A stretch of DNA of 63,997 nt, filler included, from an uncultured bacterium (GTDB taxonomy: Bacteria > Auribacterota > CAZIXI01), in NCBI GenBank assembly GCA_964543115.1. It is 6 parts of 6 records of this genome, joined end to end, with 100 filler letters (N's around TTAATTAATTAA, not from the genome) between each part and the next. Parts side by side here need not be neighbours in the genome. Positions count along the whole stretch, not along the records: positions 45,010 to 56,000 come from CAZIXI010000109.1; positions 56,101 to 63,997 come from CAZIXI010000165.1; 4 more parts are not named here. One strand, given 5' to 3'. The notes under the pieces were generated by a model. The model saw only the letters and a list, made by a program, of their open reading frames with translations. It had not been told where the DNA came from and did not search any database. The translations under genes and the position numbers were made by a program. How positions within the stretch are numbered: position 1 is the stretch's first letter; each line of letters begins with the position of its first letter. This document shows positions 48,284 through 58,520 of the stretch, in pieces.

Positions 48284-48441
48284 TTGGCATAAAAATTGCA
48301 GGATAATTATTTGCTCCTACGGTGTGCGTGCTCCAATGAAATTATTTCGCAAACCAACAAGAATTTTTGTGGGACAACCCACACCCTTTAAAATAGGTTT
48401 GACGAGATCATTGTCACGACATCAATGTAGGAGCATTTTTT
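48284..48441 (+). other. Sigma-54-like motif followed by a 124-nt stem-closed segment (sRNA or degenerate REP doublet)
   Basis: TTGGCATAAAAATTGCA (48284-48300); TGCTCCTAC (48312-48320) pairs with GTAGGAGCA (48427-48435), then T6. No ORF follows on this strand. Confidence 0.35.
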
Positions 48442-48443
48442 CA

Positions 48444-50951
48444 TTAATCTCTAACCACTACATTCACTAACCGTCCAGGCACAACGATAACCTTCACTAT
48501 CTTTTTGCCGCTGATAAACTTCTGTAACTTATCATCCTCCAGAGCAGCCTTTTCCAGCTCCTCCCGGGAAATATCCGTGGGCACTTCAATCCGTGAACGT
48601 ACGCGGCCATTAACCTGCAAAATAACTGTTTGCTGTTTCTTAACCAGGCAGGCAGGGTCATATTTTACCCATGGTTCACGAAAAATAGACTCTTTCCCGC
48701 CAAACATTTTCCACAATTCCTCAGCCAGATGCGGAACAAACGGAGAAAGCAGGCGAATGGTCCCCTCCAGGGCCTCAACCAAAATCAATGCGGCAATACC
48801 TCCTTCTGCGGCCAATTTTTCATCCACCAGATATAATTTATTGGTAAATTCCATTACCGAAGCAATAGCCGTATTGAAATGGAATTCTTTCTCAATATCA
48901 TCGGTCACTTTTTTAATCGTAAAATGCAGTAATTGGCGGAGTTCTTTTGCCGCCGGAGCGGCCTTCTGCCAGTTAGCGGGTAAATCAGGAATTTTCTTGC
49001 GCTCTTTCCTGACAAGATCCTTATATTTAAGGCAAATCCGCCAAACCCGGTTAAGAAAACGCCAGGCCCCCTCAACCCCCTGGTCATTCCACTCCGCGTC
49101 TTTTTCCGGCGGACCAATAAACAGGGTATAGAGCCGCACAGTATCGGCCCCATAACGATTAATTAAATTATCCGGACTAACCACATTCCCCTTTGATTTA
49201 CTCATTTTGGCGCCATCTTTAATAATCATCCCCTGAGTAAACAGATTTTGGAATGGTTCCTGAAAACCAATCTGACCAAGATCATAGAGTACTTTAACAA
49301 TAAACCGGGCATACATTAAATGCAGGATCGCGTGTTCTACCCCGCCGATATACTGATCCACCGGCAGCCATTTATCCACTAATTCCCTGGCAAAAGGCCT
49401 TTTTTTATCGTGAGGAGAAAGATAGCGGAGAAAATACCAGCTGGAATCAACGAACGTATCCATCGTATCAATTTCCCGCCGGGCAGGCTTCTTACATTGC
49501 GGGCATTTGGTGTTAATAAATTCTTTAGAAGCAGCCAGCGGAGACATACCCTTGGGCCGAAACTCAACATTCTCCGGCAATAATACCGGTAAATCCTTAT
49601 CCGGTACCGGCAGCGTCCCGCAACTATCACAATAGATGATTGGTATCGGCGCGCCCCAGTAACGCTGTCTGCTCACCAGCCAGTCTTTTAAACGATAATT
49701 AATCGTCCGCCGCCCCCAATCCTTCTCTTCCAGTAAATCAGCCATTCGTTCAATGGCCACCCGGTTGGGTAATCCGCTAAACTCTCCGGAATTTGCCTGA
49801 ATACCGTCACCTTCGTAAGCCTGCTCCATTGTCGCCAGGTCCAATTTCATTTCCTCGGGCTGGATAACTATCCGTAACCCTAAATTATATTTTTTCGCGA
49901 ACATAAAATCCCGCTGATCATGCGTGGGCACAGCCATTACCGCCCCGGTACCGTACTCTAAGAGCACATAATCGGCGACCCAGAGGGGAATCTGCTCCTG
50001 GGTAAAAGGATTAACCGCGTATCTACCGGTAAAAACACCGTTCTTTTCTCCGCTAGCCGCTACCCTTTCCAGCCGGGTCTCGCACAGAACCTTCTGCTTA
50101 AACGCCCGTACTTCTTTTTCCTGCGCGGTGCCTTTTACCAGCTCATCAACCACTGGATGCTCCGGCGCCAAAACAGCATAAGTGGCCCCATAGATTGTAT
50201 CCAGACGGGTAGTAAAACAATTTATCTTCAGTTGACTGTCCACTACCGGAAAATTAATCTCCGCCCCGATACTCTTTCCGATCCAGTTCCTCTGCATCAT
50301 CTTTACCTTCTCCGGCCACTCCCCGAGAGAATCCAATCCCGCTAATAATTTTTCCGCATAATCGGTAATCTTAAAAAACCACTGTTCCAGATCCTTCTGG
50401 ATGATCTGGGTATCACACCGCTCACAACCGCCGTTAACCACCTGTTCATTCGCTAATACTGTCTGGCAGGAAGGGCACCAGTTAACCAGGGCCTTTTTAC
50501 GATAGGCAAGATCATTTTTATATAACTGCAGAAAAATCCATTGCGTCCATTTATAATATTCCGGCTGACAGGAACACACTTCCCGTGTCCAATCGTAACC
50601 AGTTCCCCAATTTGCCAGCTGCCGTTTCATCGTTTTGATATTATTAAATGTACTTATTTTCGGAGGAATTCCGCTCTTAATCGCGGCATTTTCCGCCGGC
50701 AGGCCAAAGGCATCCCAGCCCATGGGGGTAAGCACATTAAATCCCTGCGTTATTTTATATCTGGCCAGAACATCACCGATAATATAATTCCGGCCATGAC
50801 CGACATGCAGGGCCGCCGAAGGATAAGGAAACATCATCAGGCAGTAATACTTGTTTTCCCGAGCCAACGGATCCATCCGGAATAGTTTGATTTTCTCCCA
50901 ATACTTCTGCCATTTGGCTTCTATCTTTGCTGGTTCATACTGTTTCGTCAT
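48444..50951 (-). CDS. leuS: Leucine--tRNA ligase
   Basis: MFPYPS..LHVGH (HIGH), CP1 editing domain GTGAVMAVP, DW..SRQRYWG, KMSKSKGN. Confidence 0.98.
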   Translation of the reverse strand: MTKQYEPAKIEAKWQKYWEKIKLFRMDPLARENKYYCLMMFPYPSAALHVGHGRNYIIGDVLARYKITQGFNVLTPMGWDAFGLPAENAAIKSGIPPKISTFNNIKTMKRQLANWGTGYDWTREVCSCQPEYYKWTQWIFLQLYKNDLAYRKKALVNWCPSCQTVLANEQVVNGGCERCDTQIIQKDLEQWFFKITDYAEKLLAGLDSLGEWPEKVKMMQRNWIGKSIGAEINFPVVDSQLKINCFTTRLDTIYGATYAVLAPEHPVVDELVKGTAQEKEVRAFKQKVLCETRLERVAASGEKNGVFTGRYAVNPFTQEQIPLWVADYVLLEYGTGAVMAVPTHDQRDFMFAKKYNLGLRIVIQPEEMKLDLATMEQAYEGDGIQANSGEFSGLPNRVAIERMADLLEEKDWGRRTINYRLKDWLVSRQRYWGAPIPIIYCDSCGTLPVPDKDLPVLLPENVEFRPKGMSPLAASKEFINTKCPQCKKPARREIDTMDTFVDSSWYFLRYLSPHDKKRPFARELVDKWLPVDQYIGGVEHAILHLMYARFIVKVLYDLGQIGFQEPFQNLFTQGMIIKDGAKMSKSKGNVVSPDNLINRYGADTVRLYTLFIGPPEKDAEWNDQGVEGAWRFLNRVWRICLKYKDLVRKERKKIPDLPANWQKAAPAAKELRQLLHFTIKKVTDDIEKEFHFNTAIASVMEFTNKLYLVDEKLAAEGGIAALILVEALEGTIRLLSPFVPHLAEELWKMFGGKESIFREPWVKYDPACLVKKQQTVILQVNGRVRSRIEVPTDISREELEKAALEDDKLQKFISGKKIVKVIVVPGRLVNVVVRD

Positions 50952-51042
50952 CTGCTAACCTCTCTCAATTATAAAATCCGCAACCCGCCTACGCTCCAAT
51001 TAGGCACTCATTTAAGCAAGCTTCGGCAGGCAAGTCCACAAT

Positions 51043-52524
51043 TTAATGCTCCTTCTCCCCAAACACCTCCGCCGTAAACACGTAAAACTTCATCCCCGGC
51101 TTCTGCCACTCATTTGCCGCTAATCCGGCTTTCTGAGAGAGATGGTTAAGCGTCTCTTCCCTGGTCCAGCCCTGTTCCGGGGCAACCTGCGGCAGAAAAA
51201 CAGCGCTGCGTAATCCCTTCCGGATGATAATCCCATGTTTACCGGTAATAAATTCCTCCGGGCCGGCAATTTCTTCCGGCGGAGTTAAAACTGATATTTC
51301 AATATCAATTTCCGGCAATTCCTTCACCGTTACCGGCGAAAAACGGAAATCCTGCACCGCGGCATTAAGGGCATTATCGCTAATTGCCTGCGCTAAAGGC
51401 TTTATCGGTTCAATATAACCGATACAACCCCGTAATTGTCCCTGTTTATGCAATGTCACAAAAACACCCCGCTTCTCCTGAAACTTTGCCGCAGTGAGTG
51501 TAGAAGAGCCTGGTTTTCCTGTCTGGAAATAGTTTTCTATAGTTGAACGAGCCTGTTTGAGCATTGCCTGTTTTTCTTCCGCTGAATAGGGATTAGCCAT
51601 TTTTCCACCTTCCTTGTAAAAAGCAACTGCCCCGTAACCCACAATGCGGGATGATTTGTCACCCACTACATCCCCGGAATTCTTATACTCCAATAATACC
51701 CCCTGGCAATTACCGAGCTGCCGGGCATAACTCATCAGCGTTAATACCGGCCCTAAGCCGCACATTTCCACTTTTCCCTGGGCAGCTTCCCGGCTTAGTT
51801 TAGCGCTAGCCAAATTAACCATATCTGCCAGGGCCTGCTTATCCATAACAACTGCTTCAGCATAGGGTTTATCATGAGAGAGATCACTGCTGGCCACAAT
51901 GAGAATTCTCTTCTCAGCGGAATTAGCCAGAATCACCCGGGCCAATTTCTCACAGGTCGCCAAAGAAGTATCCCCCAGCACAATGGGCACCAATTTAAAA
52001 GAACCCAGCATCTCCAGGAGAAAAGGCAGCTCTACCTCCAGGGAATGTTCCCGCAGATGCGCTTTGGGATAATTAACAAATTTTTCCGGATCGGCCTTGA
52101 TTATTGCCGCCGCCAATTCATCATCTATAGGAATATCCCCCAAAGGCGTACGGTAAGCACCCTTGGCCCAGACAGAGACATCAGCAAAGCCCCAAACGGT
52201 ATGATTTGGTCCCAGCAAAACTACCGTATCGTATTCAGCCCCGGCCAATAACTTAAAGCAGCGAGCGGCAATCTTTCCGGAATAAGGATAACCGGCATGG
52301 GGAGCGATCATTCCTACTAATTCACCCGCGGGCAGCGTGGCGCGTTCAATCTTTACCTGGGAAAAATAAGTCTCAACCTGGCGCCGTAATGTTTCTGCCT
52401 TAGCCGGATAAAACGCCCCGGCAACAGCCGGCTCCCGCACCTGGGCCGAACCGGCTGGAGTAAAACCTCCGGCCAGGACACAAACCACCGCCAAAACCAA
52501 ATACCTGCTGTTTTTCATATCCAT
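51043..52524 (-). CDS. AmmeMemoRadiSam protein B (Memo) - protein A (AMMECR1) fusion with signal peptide
   Basis: VREPAVAGAFYP, PHAGYPYSG, EHSLEVELPF, ASSDLSHD, CG; then GVFVTL...LRGCIG, DFRF, LPQVA. Confidence 0.92.
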   Translation of the reverse strand: MDMKNSRYLVLAVVCVLAGGFTPAGSAQVREPAVAGAFYPAKAETLRRQVETYFSQVKIERATLPAGELVGMIAPHAGYPYSGKIAARCFKLLAGAEYDTVVLLGPNHTVWGFADVSVWAKGAYRTPLGDIPIDDELAAAIIKADPEKFVNYPKAHLREHSLEVELPFLLEMLGSFKLVPIVLGDTSLATCEKLARVILANSAEKRILIVASSDLSHDKPYAEAVVMDKQALADMVNLASAKLSREAAQGKVEMCGLGPVLTLMSYARQLGNCQGVLLEYKNSGDVVGDKSSRIVGYGAVAFYKEGGKMANPYSAEEKQAMLKQARSTIENYFQTGKPGSSTLTAAKFQEKRGVFVTLHKQGQLRGCIGYIEPIKPLAQAISDNALNAAVQDFRFSPVTVKELPEIDIEISVLTPPEEIAGPEEFITGKHGIIIRKGLRSAVFLPQVAPEQGWTREETLNHLSQKAGLAANEWQKPGMKFYVFTAEVFGEKEH

Positions 52525-52729
52525 ATTTTAGACAATTTTCCATTATCATTCAATAGAAACCGTAATTTTAAAAAAAATGTAAAAAAGATAAAAAAAATAA
52601 TTGACAAGGAAAAGAAAATAATTAAAAATAGCATTCGAATTATATTTTATTACTGTTTTATTTTTCTCATTTTTGCCGGGCCCTGCCCGCGGTCGAGCTT
52701 GCTCGTAATCGAAAGAAGCGAGGTTACAC

Positions 52730-52909
52730 ATGTGTTGCCGTAGATGCATAAGTCATCAAACTTGCACAAAAAGCAAAAAAGTTCGTTCTGATTGTTGCCC
52801 TAATTGCCCGGAATATGACCTTTGCCCGTCGGTCTTCGCTGGTATGTCGGATACAGATTTTGACACCCCGATTAACACCGAAACCGACCTGGAAATTTTC
52901 CAGGATTAA
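52730..52909 (+). CDS. Unannotated 59-aa Cys-rich peptide (2x CCxxCx5C + acidic tail)
   Basis: MCCRRCISHQTCTKSKKVRSDCCPNCPEYDLCPSVFAGMSDTDFDTPINTETDLEIFQD*. GAGG RBS 6 nt upstream; fills the 5' region of the speB operon; below the 60-aa track cutoff. Confidence 0.65.
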   Translation: MCCRRCISHQTCTKSKKVRSDCCPNCPEYDLCPSVFAGMSDTDFDTPINTETDLEIFQD

Positions 52910-52958
52910 CGAAAATTAAGCCCAACTGTCCCGGCACCAGACAATCGGAATATCTGAA

Positions 52959-53840
52959 ATGGAAGAAACCTCTCTTAAGCACAGTTTCTGCAATCTACCG
53001 GCAGAATTTACCAGTAAAGATAACGCCCGTTTTCTTATCCTTCCTCTGCCTTATGAAGCAACAACTACCTACCGCCAGGGAACCCGGCAGGGTCCGGAAG
53101 CAATAATCACCGCCTCCAGAAACCTGGAATGGTATGATGAAGAACTGCGCCAAGAGACATGTTCCGCCGGTATCCATACCCTGCCGCCGCTGGGTTCAAC
53201 AATCACCGATCCCGACAAACTGGACGCGGAGCTGTTTCAAAAGGCTAAGGAAGAAATAAAAGACAACAGCGTATTGATCACCATCGGCGGCGAACATTCC
53301 ATCTCCAGCACCCTGGTAAGGGCCCACAAAGAAAAGTACCCCAGCCTCTCCGTACTCCACCTGGACGCCCATGCCGACCTGCGGGATAGCTATCACGGCC
53401 AAAAGTTAAGCCATGCCTGTGTTGCCCGCCGAATCAGTGAAATTGCCCCGCTAGTATCTGCCGGCATCCGCAGCGTCTCAAAATCCGAGGCAGATTATAT
53501 AAATGAGGCCGGCCACAAAATATTCTGGGGTAAAGAAGCACTGTCCGGCTCCGCAAAAACCGCGGAAATTAATTCCCTGCTCTCAGACACTGTTTATATA
53601 AGTCTGGATATAGACATCCTCGACCCCTCCATCATGCCGGCCACCGGCACTCCCGAACCGGACGGCTGGACCTGGTCCGAGTTGACAACTTTTTTAAAAA
53701 ATATTATACTTACTAAAAAGGTTGTCGGTTTCGATGTTGTCGAACTGGCTCCGCTGGCGGAAAATATCGCGCCGGATTTTACTGTCGCCAAACTAATTTA
53801 CCGGTTAATGGGCTACATCAACGCCACGGATAAAAAATAA
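52959..53840 (+). CDS. speB: Agmatinase
   Basis: GGEHS, HLDAHADLRD, SLDIDILDPSIMPATGTPEP ureohydrolase motifs. Confidence 0.93.
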   Translation: MEETSLKHSFCNLPAEFTSKDNARFLILPLPYEATTTYRQGTRQGPEAIITASRNLEWYDEELRQETCSAGIHTLPPLGSTITDPDKLDAELFQKAKEEIKDNSVLITIGGEHSISSTLVRAHKEKYPSLSVLHLDAHADLRDSYHGQKLSHACVARRISEIAPLVSAGIRSVSKSEADYINEAGHKIFWGKEALSGSAKTAEINSLLSDTVYISLDIDILDPSIMPATGTPEPDGWTWSELTTFLKNIILTKKVVGFDVVELAPLAENIAPDFTVAKLIYRLMGYINATDKK

Positions 53841-53845
53841 TTAAC

Positions 53846-53872
53846 GTAGGGGACGACCTCCGTGTCGCCCCG
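53846..53872 (+). repeat. GTAG-type REP palindrome
   Basis: gtaggggacgacctccgtgtcgccccg: same loop as 9594, with compensatory stem changes. Confidence 0.7.
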
Positions 53873-53886
53873 CGCTGTATAAAACA

Positions 53887-54471
53887 ATGAGTAAAAAACC
53901 AGCTGCTCACATACCGCCGGAACAATCACGGCTCATTCCTAAAAAGATGTTCCTCACCAAGGGGGTCGGTTCTCACAAAGAGGAGCTGCGTTCCTTTGAG
54001 TTGGCCCTGAGAAACGCCGGCATTCAGATGTGCAATCTGGTATCCGTTTCCAGTATCTTTCCGCCTTTTTGTAAAATAATTTCCCGCAATCAAGGGATAA
54101 AAGAGCTCAAACCCGGCATGATCACCTATACCGTCATCAGCCGCTGCAGCAGCAACGAACCACACCGCCTGGTGGCCTCCTCTATCGGGCTGGCCATTCC
54201 GGCCGAACGGCGGGCCTACGGCTATATCAGCGAACACCATTCTTTCGGCCAGACAGAAAAAGAAACCGGCGATTACGTTGAAGACCTGGCCGCGGCCATG
54301 TTATCCAGTACCCTGGGTTTGGACTTTGACGAAGACAAAAACTGGGACGAGAAAAAGGATATTTACCGGGTCAGCGGCAGGGTCATTCGCACCGCCAACA
54401 TCACCCAGTCCGCCATTGTCAAAAGCAACGGCTATACCACCGTTATCGCCGCCGCCGTCTTCCTTCTCTAA
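53887..54471 (+). CDS. pdaD: Pyruvoyl-dependent arginine decarboxylase
   Basis: SFELALRNAGI..CNLVSVS|SIFPP, GYISEH. Confidence 0.9.
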   Translation: MSKKPAAHIPPEQSRLIPKKMFLTKGVGSHKEELRSFELALRNAGIQMCNLVSVSSIFPPFCKIISRNQGIKELKPGMITYTVISRCSSNEPHRLVASSIGLAIPAERRAYGYISEHHSFGQTEKETGDYVEDLAAAMLSSTLGLDFDEDKNWDEKKDIYRVSGRVIRTANITQSAIVKSNGYTTVIAAAVFLL

Positions 54472-54569
54472 TTAATTTTCCGCCTCAGCATTTTTTTATT
54501 GAATTATATTGACTAGTATTATATTATCGCCCTTATCAGTTTTCATTATTAATTAAGGAGGTAACCAAT

Positions 54570-56000
54570 ATGAAATTCGACGGAAAATTATTAATTATCG
54601 GCTGCGGCTCTGTCTCTCAATGCGCGATCCCGCTGGTGCTTGAACTAATCGAAATGCCGGCACAAAAAATCACCATCATGGATTATGTCGACAACCGCGC
54701 GAAGGTCCAGTCGGCCCTGGCCAAAGGCGTTAATTACACGCTGGAAAAGGTAACGGCTGATAATTACACTACTCTGCTGGCCAAATACGTCGGCTCCGGC
54801 GATATGATAATTGATCTGGCCTGGAACATAGATTGCCGCTCTATCCTTACCTGGTGCCGGAAGAATCAAATTTTTTACTGCAATACTTCCGTGGAAGAAT
54901 GGGACCCTTACAAGGACTCCCAGCGCAACGATCCCACACAATATACCCTTTATGCCCGGCACATGGAACTCCGCAAAATGATTGAGGAGTGGGGAGACAA
55001 TAACGGCACTTCCGCCATTGTTGACCACGGAGCCAATCCCGGCCTGGTTTCCCATTTCACCAAGCACGCGCTAGTCGGTATCGCGGAAAAAATACTAAAA
55101 GAAAAAACAACTGATCCGCGGAGAGATCTTTTAATCGAGTCTCTGTCCGAGAAAAATTTTGCCCGGCTGGCCCAACTCACAGGCGTAAAAACCATCCATA
55201 TCAGTGAACGCGACACCCAGATCACCAATGTGCCCAAAGAAGTAAATGAATTTGTAAACACCTGGAGTATTGAAGGTTTTTTTGAAGAAGGAGTTGCCCC
55301 GGCTGAACTGGGATGGGGCACACATGAGCGCTACATCCCCAAGAACGCCTTTTTCCACAAAGTGGGCCCGCAAAATCAGATCTGCCTGACCTCTCTGGGC
55401 ATGAAAACATGGGTACGCTCCTGGGTGCCCTGCGGCGAAATAACCGGCATGGTCATCCGCCACGGAGAGGCCTTTAGTATTTCCGACCGCTTAACCGTCT
55501 GGGAAAACGGCCAGGCAGTTTACCGGCCCACCGTCCATTATGCCTACTGCCCCACAGACGTAGCCATCAACTCGCTCCATGAACTGGAAATGCGGCAGTT
55601 TAACCTGCAGGAAAAGCAGCGAATCATGAGTGATGAAATCACCAGCGGCCGGGATGAATTAGGTGTCTTATTAATGGGCCATGATTTTAAATCCTGGTGG
55701 TGCGGCAGTTTGTTAGATATTGATGAAACCCGCCGGCTCGTTCCGCACCAGAACGCCACCACCCTGCAGGTAGCTGTATCAGTAGTAGCCGCGGCCATCT
55801 GGATGATTAAGAACCCGCGCAGCGGTTTCCGGATGCCGGATGACATTGATCACGAAGAAATTCTGAAAACCTCGATCCCTTATCTGGGACCGTTTATTTC
55901 CGAACCGGTGGATTGGACCCCGCTAAAAAACCTTAACACCAAATTCACCAAGTATGACATGTCCCGGCCAAAAGAAGAAGATGTCTGGCAATTTACCACT
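54570..56000 (+). CDS. hss: Homospermidine synthase (3' truncated near C-terminus)
   Basis: IIGCGSV, NTSVEEW, HGANPGLVSHF, HISERDTQ, NTWSIEGF, RPTVHYAY, QNATTLQV. Confidence 0.93.
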
Positions 56001-56100
56001 NNNNNNNNNNNNNNNNNNNNNNNNNNNNNNNNNNNNNNNNNNNNTTAATTAATTAANNNNNNNNNNNNNNNNNNNNNNNNNNNNNNNNNNNNNNNNNNNN
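56001..56100. other. Artificial contig linker
   Basis: N-TTAATTAATTAA-N. Confidence 0.98.
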
Positions 56101-57042
56101 CTTCGGTTTTATCCCGCCGGAAATAACCAGGCCGCCGGTATCGCGAAAATAACTTACGGAAGAACTGATATCATAGGCCAGTCCGTGTTTTTCCCGGATC
56201 CGCTGAAACAGACGTGAACTCATGTTTTCACCGAGTATCGTACTTAATAGTTTAAGGGCATAACGGTCGGGGTGGTTTCGCGCAATGGTGCGCATACCCA
56301 GACAAATGTGAAGCTGGTTTATCGGCCGTTTGACCATTTTTATTTCCGGCTTACGCTGAGTCCCGGTATATTTACTGAACTGAGGTTTCCGGCAACCGGT
56401 TATCCCCCTGTTATGCTCGTCTGTTTTCCTGATTAATTCCGTAACGTCTAAATTGCCGGCGGCACTTACCAGCAGATTTGCCGGAGAATAGTTCTGCCGC
56501 TGAAAAGCTGTCATCTCTCTTCGTCCGATACTATCAAGGCTTTTTTCTGTTCCGATCAACATCCGCCCCAGCGGATGTTTGGACCACATCATCTCCTGCA
56601 CTATTTCATGCACGTAATGACCGGGATGATCGAGAATCATATGTAATTCTTCTTTAATTACCAGCCTTTCCTTATCAATATCTTCAGTCTTAAATAATGG
56701 GTGCAGGATCATATCCCAAAGCACATCCAGGGCCAACGGTAAATGTTTTCCCCGGACCTTGACCAAATAGCAGGTGAATTCCTCTGAGGTATAGGCATTG
56801 AGCTGGCCGCCGATTCCCTCTATCGCCCGGGATATCTGTTTACCGGAACGTTTCCGGCTGCCCTTAAAGAGCAAATGCTCCACAAAATGCGATATACCCT
56901 GATGCTTCTTTTTTTCATAACGTCCGCCAACTCCGGCCCAAATACCTACAGCCACACTTTCCATCCCGGGCATCGGACAGGAAACCACCGGCAGGCCATT
57001 ACTTAATTGCGCCAGCTGATATTCCGCTTGATTAATCCTCAT
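56101..57042 (-). CDS. M16 (pitrilysin) family zinc peptidase, 3' truncated
   Basis: GISHFVEHLLFKGS (HxxEH), LNAYTS, ERLVIKEE, SSRLFQRIRE..GLAY. Confidence 0.93.
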
Positions 57043-57475
57043 TGGTTAACCTCTTCTTTTCTAAATAACCCTGCAAAATCCATTGCGCAGATAATTTGTC
57101 TATGTGCTCTTTGCGTTTTTTCGCGTTCATCCCGTGATCTATAAGTATCCGTTCGGCTCCCTGAGTAGAAAAACGTTCATCCCAGGTATTAACGGGAATA
57201 TCCATTATTTCATTTTTTAGCAGATCAATGAAACTAAGCACCTTCTCTGCCTGCCGGCCCAGACTCCCGTCTAAACTCCTGGGCAGGCCGACGACAATTT
57301 CACTAACCTGTCTGTCCTGACTGAGCTCTTTTATTGCTTTAACGGCATCCGGCGCGCTGTTATAACTGATGGTGGGCAATCCCTGAGCGGTAAGCCCGAG
57401 AGAATCACTGATCGCTACTCCGATCCTTTTGTCTCCGACATCTAATCCCAGCACCCTCCCTGATTCTTCGCTCAT
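57032..57475 (-). CDS. ruvX: RuvX/YqgF nuclease (pre-16S rRNA maturation)
   Basis: LGLDVGDKRIGVAISD, VVGLP, WDERFST, IDKLSA. Confidence 0.93.
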   Translation of the reverse strand: MSEESGRVLGLDVGDKRIGVAISDSLGLTAQGLPTISYNSAPDAVKAIKELSQDRQVSEIVVGLPRSLDGSLGRQAEKVLSFIDLLKNEIMDIPVNTWDERFSTQGAERILIDHGMNAKKRKEHIDKLSAQWILQGYLEKKRLTNED

Positions 57476-58491
57476 TGTAAACGTTCCTCGGCCATTTCAG
57501 CCATTTTTTTTACCTGCTGGGCCTTATCCTTGGAACTTACCAAAACGGCATCTTTTGTGACAACAACAATAAGATCTTCTACTCCCATAACCGCTGTCAG
57601 GCCGGATTCATTTACAATAATTGACCCTTTTGTCTCCCGGCTGATACATTTCCCCTGAATAACATTTCCCTGCTTATCGGCCCGCAAATGCGTCGGCAGC
57701 GCCGCCCAGCTGCCCACGTCATCCCAGCAAAAATCCGCTTCCCGCACCGCTGCCCGCTGTGTTTTTTCCATGATTCCGTAATCAATAGAAATATCATCCG
57801 CCCGGTCGTATATCTCAGTTAAACTGGATTTTTTTAATAACCGGTGGAGCTTGGGTAAATGTTTCTCTATCTCCGCTAAAATGACATCCGTCCGCCAGAG
57901 GAACATTCCGCTGTTCCAGCGATAATTGCCGCTGACCAAATAACGCCTGGCCGCCTTTGTATCCGGCTTTTCGGTGAAACGTTTTACCTGATAAATGCCG
58001 GAAGAGAGTTTGCGGCCCAACTGAATATAACCGTAACCGGTATGCGGGGAATCCGGCTTAATTCCCAGGGTTACCAGCATCCGCTTGTCCCGGGCAAATT
58101 CGATTGTTTTTTTGAGCGTGCGGCAGAACTTTTCCCGATCCTTTATCACATGATCCGCCGGTAAGACAACCATAACTGCCGCCGGATCGGTTTTTGCTAT
58201 TTTTTTCGCGGCAACAGCTATACAGGGCGCGGTATTTCGCGAGCGCGGTTCGGCAATAATATTTTTTACCGGCAGCCACGGCAACTGCTGTTTCACTAAA
58301 TGAGCCTGAACCTTGTTGGTCACAACAATAATATTCTGCCGGGGGATTAACGGACGGATACGCTCTACTGTCTGCTGAAGCATCGTGCGTTTACCGATAA
58401 TGTTCAGGAACTGTTTGGGCTTTTTCTTTCTGCTCCGGGGCCAGAATCTCTTCCCACTGCCGCCGGCCATGATCACCGCATAGGTATTCAC
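57472..58491 (-). CDS. manC: Mannose-1-phosphate guanylyltransferase
   Basis: IMAGGSGKRFWPRSR..PKQF, EPRSRNTAP, PADH, FTEKP, WNSGMF, WDDVGSW. Confidence 0.92.
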   Translation of the reverse strand: MNTYAVIMAGGSGKRFWPRSRKKKPKQFLNIIGKRTMLQQTVERIRPLIPRQNIIVVTNKVQAHLVKQQLPWLPVKNIIAEPRSRNTAPCIAVAAKKIAKTDPAAVMVVLPADHVIKDREKFCRTLKKTIEFARDKRMLVTLGIKPDSPHTGYGYIQLGRKLSSGIYQVKRFTEKPDTKAARRYLVSGNYRWNSGMFLWRTDVILAEIEKHLPKLHRLLKKSSLTEIYDRADDISIDYGIMEKTQRAAVREADFCWDDVGSWAALPTHLRADKQGNVIQGKCISRETKGSIIVNESGLTAVMGVEDLIVVVTKDAVLVSSKDKAQQVKKMAEMAEERLQ

Positions 58492-58520
58492 AATTTTATC
58501 TCCAATTTAAACACAAACGT

